From: Squalus acanthias
Taxonomy: Eukaryota
DNA: 64,000 bases
Direction of reading: 5' to 3'
Assembly (NCBI GenBank): GCA_030390025.1
Contig: JASTWF010000035.1
Location: 3,968,001-4,032,000 of the forward strand
The notes beneath the pieces are model-generated. The model saw only the letters and a program-made list of their open reading frames with translations. It was not told where the DNA came from and did not search any database. This document shows positions 1-12,140 of the stretch, in pieces (the stretch's first letter is position 1; each line of letters opens with the position of its first letter). The position numbers were made by a program, and so were the translations under genes.

Positions 1-233
1 CGAGAGCAGGAGACGGCACCGATACAGTCATCAATGTACCGGAAAAAGAGGTGAGGGAGGGGACCCGAGTAGGACTGGAACAAAGAGTGTTCCACATATC
101 CCACGAAAAGGCAGGCATAGCTAGGACCCATGCGGGTACCCATAGCAACACCTTTAATTTGGAGGAAATGGGTAGAGTCAAAGGAGAAGTTGTTCAATGT
201 GAGAACAAGTTCAGCCAGGCGGAGGAGGGTGGT
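1..233 (-). mobile_element. Penelope-like element, reverse transcriptase core fragment (runs off window start)
   Basis: Manual minus-strand translation TTLLRLAELVLTLNNFSFDSTHFLQIKGVAMGTRMGPSYACLFVGYVEH...FFRYIDDCIG contains the PLE RT motifs GVAMG and YIDD; not in the ORF track. Confidence 0.9.
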
Positions 234-300
234 TCCACATTGTTGGGTAGGTGCCAGTGTTGTAGCTGTACTGTTAGTTCTGGGGCACAAGTCTTCAGGA
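234..300 (-). mobile_element. Short fragment of the second (tRNA-headed) LINE family
   Basis: Encodes KTCAPEL-like residues and resembles 22775-22865. Confidence 0.55.
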
Positions 301-3220
301 TGGTATGTTGCCTCCTGGTGCCAGGGTCAAGGATGTCACTGAGCGGCTGTAGGACATTCTGGGGGGTGAGGGTGAACAGCCAGATGTCGTGGTCCAAATC
401 GGTACCAATGACATAGGTAGAAAGAGGGATGAGGTCCTGCAGGCAGATTTTAGGGAGTTAGGAAAAAGATTAAAAAGCAGGACCTCAAAGGTAGTAATCT
501 CGGATTACTCCCGGTGCCACGTGCTAGTGAGTACAGGAATAGGAGGATAGAGCAGATGAATGCATGGCTGGAGAGATGGTGCAGGAGGGAGGGTTTTAGA
601 TTCCTGAGGCATTGGGAGCGTTTCTGGGGAAGGTGGGACCTGTACAGGCCGGACAGGTTACACCTCAACAGGACCGGGATGAATATACTCGTGGGGGGAT
701 TGCTGGTGCTGTTGAGGAGGGTTCAAATTAGCTTGGCAGGGGGAATGGGAACCTGAGAGTGGATTCAGAAGGAAAAGAAGCAAAGCTGGAAATGGAAGGC
801 AGCAAATTAGTAAGCAAGTTTGGAAGGCAGAGAAAACAAAGGCTAGAAAATAGACAACAGGGAGTTTGGCAGTGCTAAATGGTATATACGTCAACGCAAG
901 GCGTCTCGGGAATAAGGCAGATGAGCTGAGCCCACAGATAGACACGTGGGAGTATGGTGTTATAGCTATTACTGAGAAATGGCTGAAAGAAGGGCAGTTA
1001 TGGCAGCTCAACATTCCTGGTTACAGGGTTTTCAGACGGGATAGAGAGGGGGATAAAAAAGGAGAGGGGGGTCACAATATTGATTAAAGAAACAATTACA
1101 GCTGTGAGGAGGGAGGATATCTTAGAAGGATCATTAAATGAGGCCATATGGGTTGAACTGAAAAACAAAAAAGGGGCAATCACACTGCTGGGAGTGTACT
1201 ATAGACCCCCAAACAGTCAAAGGGAGATAGAAGAGCAAATATGTAGACAAATTTCTGAGACGTGCAAAAATAGGGCAGTAATAGTCGGGGATTTCAACTT
1301 CCCTAATATTAACTGGGATAAAATTAATGTGAAAGGTATGGAGGGAGCAGAATTCTTAAAATGCATTCAGGAGAATTTTTTAGCCAGTGTGTAACAAGCC
1401 CAACAAGAGACGGGGTGGTTCTGGACTTAGTTTTAGGGAATGAAGCTGGGCAGGTGGAAAGGGTATCAGTGGGAGAGCATATTGGTGGCAGTGATCATAA
1501 TTCAGTTAGATTTAGCGTAGTTATGGAAAAGGACAAAGATAGACCAGGAATAAAAGTTCTCAATTGGGGAAAAGCTAATTTTACTATGCTGAGGTGTGAT
1601 TTAATTGTCCACCACCATTAGAAACAATAAGCAAGGGAAAAATTAACGGGCATTTGGAGAGGTTTAAGCTAATTAAGGAGAGCCAACACGGATTTGTAAA
1701 AGGCAGATCGGGTTTGACTAATCTAATTGATTTTTTTGATGAAGTAACAGAGACAATTGATGAAGGGAATGCAATGGATGTTGTTTACATGGATTTTCAG
1801 AAGGCGTTTGACAAAGTACCACATAGAAGGCTGGTTAACAAAATTGAGGTTCATGGAATAGGTGGGTCAGTGGCAGCTTGGATAAGGAATTGACTTAAGG
1901 ACAGAAAACAGCGAGTTGTGGTAAATGTCTGTTTTTCAGACTGGAGGATGGTAGACAGTGGTGTTCCCAAGGGTCAGTGCTGTGGCCACTGCTTTTTTTG
2001 ATATATATATATAAATGACCTGGATATTGGAATACAGAGTAGAATTTCTAAATTTGCCGATGGCACCAAACTTGGGGGTGTGGCAAACAGTGAGGATGAT
2101 ACGAATCGACTGCAGCAGGACATAGAAAGGCTAGCAGAATGGGCAGACAAGTGACAGATGGAATTTAATACAGAGAAGTATGAGGTGATGCATTTTGGCA
2201 GAAGGAACAGGGAGAGGCAATATACACTTAATGGCACAGTTTTAAAGAGTGTGCAGGGACAGAGGGACCTGGGAGTTAATGTGCATAGGTCCCTGAAGGT
2301 GGCAGGACATATTGAGAGAGTGGTTAGCAAAGCATATGGGATATTGGGCTTCATAAGTAGAGATATTGAGTACAAAAGTAGAGAAGTTATGCTGAACATT
2401 TATAAAGCGCTGGTTAGGTCACAACTGGAGTATTGCGTCCAGTTCTGGTCACCACACTTTAGGAATGGTGTGAAGGCACTTGAGAGGGTGCAGAGGAGAT
2501 TTACCAGAGATGAGGAGGAATTTCTTCACCCAGAGAGTGGTGAACCTGTGGAATTCTCAACCACAGAAGGCAGTTGAGGCCAAGTCAGTAAATATATTCA
2601 AGAAGGAGATAGATATATTTCTTAAGGCTAAAGGTATCAAGGGATATGGGGAGAAGGCAGGGACAGGGTACTGAGTTTGGATGATCAGCCATGATCTCAT
2701 CGAATGGCGGAGCAGGCTCAAGGGGCCGAATGGCCTACTCCTGCTCCTATCTTCTATGTTTCTATGTTCTGGGGATGGGGGATCTTAGCTACAAGGACAG
2801 GTTGGAGAAGCTAGATTTGTTTTCATCAGAGCAAAGGAGGTTGGGGGGTGATTTGATAGAGGCGTACAAGATTATGACAGGTTTGGATAGGCTAGCTGGG
2901 GAAAGGCTGTTCCCACTAGTTGATGGTACAAGGACTAGGGGACACAGATTTAAGGTCTTGGGCAAGAGGTACAGGGGGGATGTGAGGAAAAACTTTTTTA
3001 CGCAGCGAGTGGTGAGGACCTGGAACTCGCTGCCGGCGGAAGTGGTGGAAGCGGAGACACTCAATGTTTTCAAGAGGAGACTGGATAGGCACTTGAGGGA
3101 AATAAACTTACAGGGCTACGGGGATAGAGCGGGGGAATGGGACTGACTGGATTGCTCTACAGAGAGCCGGCACGGACTTGATGGGCTGAATGGCCTCCTT
3201 CTGTGCCGTTATGACTCTAT
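298..3220 (+). mobile_element. Decayed CR1 LINE (ORF1 esterase C-terminus, endonuclease, RT, 3' UTR) with internal deletion
   Basis: Fragmented ORFs with [45 protein letters not shown] and FFTQRVV; (ATGACTCT)n tail at 3211-3220 resuming at 3914-3926 after the MITE. Confidence 0.92.
2508..2768 (+). mobile_element. 5'-truncated CR1 3' end nested in the previous CR1
   Basis: Host frame breaks after RRFTR; insert reads EMRRNFFTQRVV...GTGY*, 3' UTR and (CTATGTTT) tail; host resumes GMGDLSYKDRLEKL. Confidence 0.85.
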
Positions 3221-3913
3221 GGCCTAAAAATTCGGTTGCTTTGTGCCTCCCGTTAGCGCTCTAAGAGGGCGTTAATGGGGCGCAAAGCAACTAGCGACCA
3301 GGCGCGGCGCCGCCAACACCTCCCGCGAAATTCAGCGGGAGGTTAGTGGTGGCGGTAACCGTTAGTGCCCCGCAGCACTGCGCCACCGGTGATGACATCA
3401 TCGCCGTGCGCAGCGCCCCGGCCGCGATCTTTGGTAGCGCCCCCTGACTTACCGCCGGACAGTATGTCTGACAGGGTCAGGGGGCCCTACCTGCGGCCGG
3501 GGCGGCGCTAATTAAAGGCGAGGTGCCGGGCGGCCATTTTTGTTGCTGGCTGCCTGCCAGCACCTGCCCCCTCTGCCATCCCCGGCCTCCTCTGAAGCCC
3601 CCCCCGCGGAGTGCCGGCTGCGCTCTGTGGGCCCGGGCTCTTTTGCTGACACTCCGATCCCTGGTGGCCCAGCTGGGCCCTGGTTCGTGCTGCGAGGAAG
3701 GCCTTCAGAGCGTGGCGCTGCAGCACGTAGCGCCGCGATATTCACTCGCAGCGCCCCAAGAAGGAAGTGGGGCGCTTCCAGTAGCATCCCGCGTCCCTCT
3801 TGGGGCGCTACCGATGAATTTCGGCCGCGGGGGCGCTAATTTTTTCGGGGCGCTAAAAGTAGCGCCCAGGTGAAGTTAGCCCCCCAAAGGAGGTGCGACT
3901 CAATTTTTCCCCC
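3221..3913. mobile_element. Non-autonomous Harbinger element (MITE) related to the element at 13447-17544
   Basis: Imperfect TIRs GGCCTAAAAATT / AATTTTTCCCCC; both ends resemble the ends of the large Harbinger in opposite orientation; inserted in a CR1 tail with an AT(G) duplication. Confidence 0.85.
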
Positions 3914-3926
3914 ATGACTCTATGAC

Positions 3927-4478
3927 ATTCACGACTGGATGTGGCAGGACTGCAGAGCTTTGATCTGATCCGTTGATTGTGGAATCACTTAGCCCTGTCT
4001 ATAGCATGCTGCTTCTGCTTTTTAGCATGCATGTAGTCCTGTGTTGCAGCTTCCCCAGGTTGGCACCTCATTTTTAGGTACGCCTGGTGCTGCTCCTGCC
4101 ATGCTCTTCTACACTCTTTATTGAACCAGGGTTGGTCCCCTGGCTTGATGGCAATGGTAGAGTGAGGGATATGCCGGGCCATGAGGTTACAGATTGTGGT
4201 GGACTACAATTCTGCTGTTGCTAATGGCCCACAGTGCCTCATGGATGCCCAGTTTTGAGCTGCTAGATCTGTTCTGAATCTATCCCATTTAGCATGGTGG
4301 TAGTGCCACACAACACGATGGAGGGTGTCCTTAGTGTGAAGATGGGACTTCGTCTCCACAATGACTGTGCGGTGGTCACTGCTACCAATGCTGTCATGGA
4401 CAGATGCATCTACGACAGGTAGATTGGTTAGGACGAGGTCAAGTAGTTTTTTCCCTCATGTTGGTTCTCTCACCATCT
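3927..4478 (-). mobile_element. Internal fragment (endonuclease C-terminus and linker) of the second LINE family
   Basis: Minus-strand translation includes DLVLTN, SDHRTV and KPGDQPWFNKECRRA. Confidence 0.8.
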
Positions 4479-4571
4479 GTTCTGAATATTGTACTGAGGG
4501 TGTGAAGAATAAGTCTCTGTTAAAAACCAGTTGGATCTGTTTATCAGGTAAGCTGCCTAATTATATGTTAC

Positions 4572-4637
4572 CTGGGTGTGTACTTATTGGTGTCTGTTGG
4601 GTTTGCAGGTGATCTAGCTGCTGTATCAGTTCACTTC
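4572..4637 (-). CDS. Candidate internal exon (66 nt, phase 1/1) of a host gene: (G)SELIQQLDHLQTQQTPISTHP
   Basis: Unique sequence; acceptor ttttctaacag| and donor CCAG|gtaaca; length divisible by 3; open in the phase left by the leader exon at 30100-30157. Confidence 0.55.
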
Positions 4638-4715
4638 CTGTTAGAAAATCTGGGTGTGTGATCCCTCTATTGGGTGTTTAGGTAAGTCTTGTCTCCATTG
4701 AGAAAACAAGATAAA

Positions 4716-4985
4716 GGGTAAAGGCCCAGAGTGTAGGATATCCCCAGGGTAAGGCCCAGAGTGTAGGATATCCCCAGGGTAAGGCCCAGAGTGTAGGCCC
4801 AGAGTGTAGGATATCCCCAGGGTAAGGCCCAGAGTGTAGGATATCCCCAGGGTAAGGCCCAGAGTGTAGGCCCAGAGTGTAGGATATCCCCAGGGTAAGG
4901 CCCAGAGTGTAGGATATCCCCAGGGTAAGGCCCAGAGTGTAGGCCCAGAGTGTAGGATATCCCCAGGGTAAGGCCCAGCGTGTAG
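4716..4985. repeat. 30-bp minisatellite with 13-bp internal sub-duplications
   Basis: Tandem GGCCCAGAGTGTAGGATATCCCCAGGGTAA with extra GGCCCAGAGTGTA units. Confidence 0.95.
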
Positions 4986-5147
4986 AATGGGAGGACAGAG
5001 AGAACTGAATGTGTAGGGGACACTGCGATGAGCCTTGATTTCCACAGTGAGAATACTGGAGAGGAAGAGTGTGTAGGACAGGGAATTGAGATTCAGTTGA
5101 ACCAGACGAACATTCTGAAGGACACCGAGCATTGTAGTACCGATAAA

Positions 5148-5767
5148 ATAACAACTTGCATTTATATAGCGCCTTTAACTAGTAAAACGTCCCAAGGCGC
5201 TTCACAGGACCCCTATCAGAAAGAATCTGACACCGAGCCACAGGAGGAGATATTAGGGCAGATGACCAAAAGCTTGGTCAAAGAGGAATGCTTTAAGGAG
5301 CGTCTTAAAGGGTGAGAACCCTATGAATGGTTTTGATAGAGTAAATATGGAGAAACTTTTCCCATTGGCAGAAAGATCGGTAACCAGAGGACACAGCGTT
5401 AAGGCAAAAGAACCAGAGGTGGCATGAGGAGAACTTTTTTACTCAGCAAGTTGTTGTGATCTGGAATGCGCTGCCCGATAGGGCGGTGGAAGCAGATTCA
5501 ATAATAATTTTCAAAAGAGAATTGGATAAATACTTGAAGGGGAAAAAATTGCAGGGATATGAGGAAAGAGCAGGGGAGGAGTGGGATTAATTGGATCGCT
5601 TTTTCAAAGAGCCGGCACAGGCACAATGGGCCGAATGGCCTCCTTCTGTGCTGTATCATTCTATGAGCGATGTGGAAAGGGGGAGTGGTTTAGGGAGGAA
5701 ATTCCAGAGCTTAGGGCCTTGGCAACTGAAGGCAAGGCCGCCAATGGCGGAGCGATGAAAATCGGGG
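5148..5767 (-). mobile_element. L2-like LINE 3' fragment, interrupted by a plus-strand CR1 3' fragment (about 5322-5665)
   Basis: Minus-strand end GGCGCTATATAAATGCAAGTTGTT typical of L2 tails; the CR1 part encodes NFFTQQVVVIWNALP and has a CR1 3' UTR. Confidence 0.65.
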
Positions 5768-6579
5768 TGATACCGAATTTCTCCCCCCTACAGTTTAAGC
5801 ATAATCAGATACTACATGCGATTGAAATAGATATAGTAGACATACAACACGTGACAGATGAGTGCGATCTATGGCCCCATGACGGAACGAATGGAACAAA
5901 ATGACAGACATCAGATGGACGGTGGACGGACGGACGGACGTCGATGAATGTTGACGGATGTCTCTGTCTGCAACAATGGTCACTTCTGTTGGGTCTCTCC
6001 TCGAGCTGTTGGAGGTGTTAGGCTGTCAGCCAGCATGGGATCCACCTCAGAGGACGAGCCTGATCAGAGTGTTAAGCCGAAGCTAGCATTTCATCCACTC
6101 TGAGGAAGCCCTTCCTCTTAACAGCCTGTTTTCCTCGCTCGGTCGCCCGTTTTTATACCTTATTTCGATGGGCTGGTGAATACCTAGTGTCAATCATTTT
6201 TACCCATCCCATTGTCCAATTACAAGGGAGAGGGTACCTCTGACAGCCCCCCTCCCATCTTGCTGAGGTCAGTTATTTCCCTATCTCTGTTCTAAAGGTC
6301 TTGTTGCCCTCTGAAGAGACAGCTTGTTTATCTTTAAGGCTCCTTGCTAAATCCCTTATCAGCATAGCTATGCCTTGAAGGCCTGTTTTTGTGTTCTGAC
6401 CTCTGAAAAACTAATTTTTCTCCAGTTGTATTCAATCTTTTTACACCTTGTAATTCAGCTCTCTGTACAACTCTTTTTCTGACATGACTGGAATCTTTCT
6501 GTGTCATCAAATGAGGCAAACTGCTGATCTAGGGAACCCGTAACAGACTATTATTTCTTTCAATCCACGATTTCTTACA
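5768..6579 (-). mobile_element. Possible solo LTR-like segment
   Basis: Non-coding block starting TGTAAG and ending TATCA on the minus strand, with AGGTATAAAA (6151-6160) and CCAAT-like motifs; no TSD found. Confidence 0.3.
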
Positions 6580-6655
6580 CAATGCGGGAGCGGGAAGAGA
6601 AGCCACTCTCCAATGCCCAGTTTTGGATGCAACTTTTTGTGAATGTGTGTGGGAA

Positions 6656-6890
6656 CATTCAGCCCCTCGAGCCTGTTCCTCCATTCAAGCAGATAATGGA
6701 TGATCTGAATCTTAACTCCGTCTACCATTCTTGTTACTGTAACCCTTAATACCTTTACCCAACAAAAATCATCAATCTCAGTGTTGAAAGCTCCAATTGA
6801 CCCCCAGCCTAAACAGCTTTTTGGAGGAGAGAGTTCCAGATTTCACTACCCTTTGTGTGAAGTGCTTCCTGACATCACCTGTAAATGTGC
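6656..6890 (-). mobile_element. CR1 3' fragment
   Basis: FTGDVRKHFTQRVV plus 3' UTR GGCTCGAGGGGCTGAA on the minus strand. Confidence 0.8.
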
Positions 6891-6919
6891 GGTGAACCCA
6901 TGGGGAGGCCCCAGGTACG

Positions 6920-7213
6920 CTGGAGCTGGGGGCTGGGGGTGGGGTCGGGGGTGGGGGTGAGGTATGGGGTTGTACTGACTGGGGTCGGGGGTCAGGTATT
7001 GCACTGACTGGGGTCGGGGATTGCACTGAATGAGGTTGGAGGTCGGGGGGTCGGGTATTGCACTGAATGAGGTTGGGGTCGGAGGTCGGGTATTGCACTG
7101 ACTGGGGTCAGGGGTTGCACTGACTGGCGTTGGAGGTTGGGTATTGCACTGACTGGGGTCAGGGGTCAGGTATTGCACTGACTGGGGTCGAGGGTCGTGT
7201 ATTGCACTGACTG
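6920..7213. repeat. G-rich ~29-bp degenerate minisatellite
   Basis: Repeated GGTATTGCACTGACTGGGGTCGGGGGTC. Confidence 0.9.
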
Positions 7214-10200
7214 AGTCATAGAGTCATAATGGCACAGAAGGAGGTCATTCGGCCCATCGAGTCCGTGCCAGCTCTCTGTAGAGCAATCCAGTCAGTCCCA
7301 TTCCCCGGCTCTATCCCCGTAGCCCTGTAAGTTTATTTCCCTCAAGTGGCTATCCAGTCTCCCCTTGAAAACATTGAGTGTCTCCGCCTCCACCACTTCC
7401 GTCGGCAGTGAGTTCCACACTCTTTAAAACTGTGCCATTAAGTGTATATTGCCTCTCCCTGTTCCTTCTGCCAAAATGCATCACCTCACAGTTCTCTGTA
7501 TTAAATTCCATCTGCCACATGTCTGCCCATTCTGCTAGCCTTTCTATGGCCTGTTGCAGTCGATTGGTATCATCCTCACTGTTTGCCACACCCCCAAGTT
7601 TGGTGGCATCGGCAAATTTAGAAATTCTAATCTGTATTCCAATATCCAGGTCATTTATATATATCAAAAAAAGCAGTGGCCCCAGCACTGACCCTTGGGG
7701 AACACCACGGTCTACCAGCCTCCGGTCTAAAACAGCCATTTACCACAACTCGCTGTTTTTTGTCCTTAAGACAATTCCTTATCCAAGCTGCCACTGACCC
7801 ACCTATTCCATGAGCCTCAATTTTGTTAACCAGCCTTCTATGTGGTACTTTGTCAAACGCCTTCCTAAAATCCATGTAGACAACATCCATTGCATTCCCT
7901 TCATCAATCCTCCCTGTTACTTCATCCAAAAATTCAATTAGATTAGTCAAACATGATCTACCTTTTACAAATCCGTGTCAGCTCTCCTTAATTAGCTTAA
8001 ACCTCTCCAAGTGTCCATTAATTTTGTCCTTGATTATTGTTTCTAAAACTTTACCCACCACTGATATTAAACTGACTGGCCTGTAGATACTAGGATTGAT
8101 ATTACACCCTTTCTTGAACAATGGTGTCACATTTGCCACTTTCCAATCCTCAAGCACCTCCCCCGCATCTAGGGAAGATTGGAAAATTATGGCAAGCCCT
8201 TCCGCTATCTCCTCCCCTAATTCCCTTAGCAATCTGGGATGCAAGCCATCTGGACCAAGCGACTTGTCCACTCTAAGCATACCCAGCCTTTCTAGTACAT
8301 CCTGTCTATCAATTTTCACCCCTTCCATTACTTCTACCTTTTCCACTTCTACCGATATTTTATCAGCATCCATCTCCTTAGTAAACACCAATACAAAGTA
8401 CTCATTGAGTATTCTAGCCTTGCCCTGCGCCTCTAAGCATATATCAACTTCTTTGTCCCTAATAGGCCCCACCCCGCCTTTTACTACCCGCTTACTGTTT
8501 ACATGCCGGTAGAAGATTTTTGGGTTCCCTTTTATGTTAACCGCCATTCTACTCATATTCTCTCTTTGCCAATCTTATTTTCATCTTCACTTCCCCTCTC
8601 AATTTATTGTATTTGGTCTGGTTCTCCCTTGAAGAATTCACCTGACATGCATCATACACCCTCTTTTTTTGCTTCACCATCTTCTCAATCTCCCTCGTCA
8701 TCCAAGGAGCCCTTGCTTTGGTTCTCTTACCCTTCCCTCTTGTTGGAATGTACCTAGCCTGTACTTGGAACATCTCCTCCTTTTGATCACCCATTGTTCC
8801 GTTACAGTTTTTCCTGTCAGTCTTTGGTTCCATTTTACCCTGGCTAGATCCTTTGATATCTCATTGAAGTTAGCCCTATTCCAGTTTAAAAGTTCCACTC
8901 TAGATTGTTCCTTGCTCCTCTCCATTGCTAATCTAAATCTTATGATACGATGATCACTCGTACCCAAGTGTTCTCCCACAGACACTTGGTCGACCTGACC
9001 CACCTCATTCCCCAGCACCAGATCCAGAAATGCCTCCTTTCTAGTTGGGCCAAGAACATACTGGTCAAGGAAATTCTCCTGAACACATTTCAGAAATTCC
9101 TCCCCATCCTTTCCCTTTACCCTAGCATTATCCCAATCGATATTTGGGTAATTAAAGTCCCCCAGTAATTAAAATCCCCCAGGAGCGATCATAATATGAT
9201 AGAATTCTTCATTAAGATGGAGAGTGAATTAGTTGACTCAGAGACTAGGGTCCTGAATTTAAATAAAGGAAACTACGATGGTATGAGGCGCGAGTTGGCT
9301 AGGATGGATTGGGGAGCGTTACTTAAAGGGTTGATGGTGGATAGGCAATGGCAAACATTTAAAGATCGCATGGATGAACTACAGAATTTGTTCATCCCTG
9401 TTTGGCATAAAAATAAAACAAAAAAGGTGACTCAACCGTGGCTAACAAGGGAAATTAGGGATAGCATAAGATCCAAGGAGAGGACATATAAATTGGCCAG
9501 AAAAAGCAGCAAACCTGAGGATTGGGAGCAGTTTAGGATTCAGCAAAGGAGGACAAAGGGATTAATTAAGAGGGGGAAAATAGAATATGAGAGTAAGCTT
9601 GCAGGGAACATAAAAACTGACTGTAAAAGCTTCTATAGATATGTGAAGAGAAAAAGATTGGTGAAGTCAAGCGTAGGTCCCTTGCAGTCAGAATCAGGGG
9701 AATTTATAATGGGGAACAAAGAAATGGCTGACGAATTAAATACATATTTTGGTTCTGTCTTCACAAAGGAGGAAACAAATAAACTCCCAGAGATGTCGGG
9801 GAACATAGGGTCTAATGAGAGGGAGGAATTGAATGAAATCAGTATTTGTAGGGAAATGGTGTTAGGGAAATTGACGGGATTGAAGGCCGATAAATCCCCA
9901 GGGCCTGATAATCTATATCCTAGGGTACTTAAGGAAGTGGCCCTAGAAATAGTAGATGCATTGCTGGTCATCTTCCAAAATTCTATAGACTCTGGAACAG
10001 TTCCCATGGATTGGAGGGTAGCAAATGTAACCCCACTATTTTAAAAAGGTGGTAGAGAAAAAACGGGGAATTATAGACCGGTAAGCCTGACATCGGTAGT
10101 GGGCAAAATGCTAGAGTCCATTATAAAAGATGTAATAGCAGAGCACTTGGAAAACAGTGACAGGATCGGACAAAGTCAACATGGATTTACAAGAGGGAAA

Positions 10201-10533
10201 TCATGCCTGACTAATCTACTGGAACTTTTTGAGGATGTAACTGGTAGAATAGATAAGGGAGAAACAGTGGATGTGGTGTATTTGGACTTTCAGAAGGCTT
10301 TCGATAAGGTCCCGCATAAGAGATTAGCATGCAAAGTTAAAGCACACGGGACTGGGTGTAAGGTACGGATTTTGATAGAGAACTGGTTGGCAGACAGGAA
10401 GCAAAGAGTTGGAATAAACGGGTCTTTTTCCGAGTGGCAGGCAGTGACTAGTGGGGTACCGCAGGGATCGGTGCTAGGACCCCAGCTATTCACAATATAT
10501 ATTAATGATCTAGACAAGGGAACTAGATGTAAT

Positions 10534-11269
10534 GGCCCAGAAATTCAGTTCTCCGGCTTGCCACGGGGGTAAGGATCGCGCGTGCTCTTACCTACCGCGC
10601 CTGCCGTTGTGTTTTGGGCCCACGGGAACTTCAGGTCCTGGGCCTCTCCCAACTGCCGGCGCGCAGTGCTTGCGTGTCCCAGGGGCGTAGTTAGTGCGAT
10701 GCGACCCCTGGGATCACGTGGGCCATGGAGAGCCAATGGCAGCAGACCATCTTTCATTCATAGATTTGACAGGAGACCCAAAAGAACAGCTAAACTTAAA
10801 ATAATTTTTTTAAAAACCCATCACATTTATAAAATATCTATAGTTAAATAAATTAACCACTTTAAACAAAAATTTAAATTTTTGAAAAAATGAAAATACA
10901 TTTTAAAAGTTATAAAAATAAACTTACCTTTCTTTAAAGTGTCTAAAAAAGATAAACCTGTTGAAAAAAATTTAAAATTATACTTAATTAACCACTTACC
11001 TTGTTCAAAACGGGTCTTGCGCTTCCTTTTCATTAGCGTAGTATCTTCCATACTTAACCTTGCGTAGAAACCTGAAAAAAAATCTAAGTGTGCTGCGTGC
11101 GCGCAGCCTCTAGCGCGCACGCGGTTCACCTAGGAACCGCCCCCTTCACCGTACTGGAAGTTCCGGTTTCCCGCACATGCGCAGTGCATGCAGGAAACCG
11201 GCACTTCGGGAAGCAATACGGGTGAGTACACAGTCCGTACTCACCCGGGAAGGGCCGAATTTTTGAGCC
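10534..11269. mobile_element. Harbinger-type MITE, 736 bp
   Basis: TIRs GGCCCAGAAATT / AATTTTTGAGCC; 3-bp TSD AAT (10531-10533, 11270-11272); removal restores the CR1 frame GTRCN-ISKFA. Confidence 0.93.
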
Positions 11270-11398
11270 AATATCTCCAAGTTTGCAGACTACACAAAGC
11301 TGGGTGGGCGTGTGTGCTGTGAGGAGGATGCAGAGAAACTCCAGTATGATTTGGACAGGTTGGGTGATTGGGCAGATGCATGGCAGATGCAGTATAAT

Positions 11399-12140
11399 GG
11401 CCCAAAAATTAGTCTCTCTACGCGAGAGTACGCACTGTGTACTCTCGCGTATTCTGTCTCCAATTGCCGGTTTTCTGCATGCACTGCGCATGCGCTGAAA
11501 ACCGGCACTTGGTGATTTCAAAAGGGGGCGGTTCCTAAGTGAACCGCGTGCGCGCTACAGGCTGCGCGCACTCAGTGCACTTAGTGCTTTGAACGCGCAG
11601 GTAAGCATGGAAGATTTTGCACATAAAGAAAGGAGGCGTAAGACCCTCTTTTAACAAGGTAAGTAGTTAATTAAGTATTATTTTGAATTTTTTTCAACAG
11701 GTATATCTTTTTTAGAGACTTTAAAGAAAGGTAAGTTTATTTTTATAACTTTTTAAAAGATTTTAAATTTTTTCAAAAATTTAATTTTTTGTTTAAAGTG
11801 GTTAATTTATTTAACTATACTTATTTTATTAATGTGATGGGTTTTTTTTAATTTAATTGAGGTTTAGCTGTTCTTTTGGGGGGTATAGATTCATAGCTTT
11901 CACAGCACTTGATTGTGAAAACTATGAATGAAAGATGGTGTGCTGCCATTGGCTCTAACTGAATCACGTGATCCCACAGCTCGCACGAATTAACTGCGTC
12001 TCTGGGATAGGCAAGCACTGCCCAGCTGATGTCTAGAACATCAAGTTCGTGCGAGCTGGGAATGAAAAAGCCGGCGCGCAGTGAGATATCGCGGGGAAGC
12101 CTTACCCCCGCACGAAGGCTCCCTCACTAATTTTTGGGCC
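11399..12140. mobile_element. Harbinger-type MITE, 742 bp, same family as 10534-11269 in opposite orientation
   Basis: Perfect 15-bp TIRs GGCCCAAAAATTAGT; TSD AAT (11396-11398, 12141-12143); removal restores WQMQYN-VDKCEV. Confidence 0.95.
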
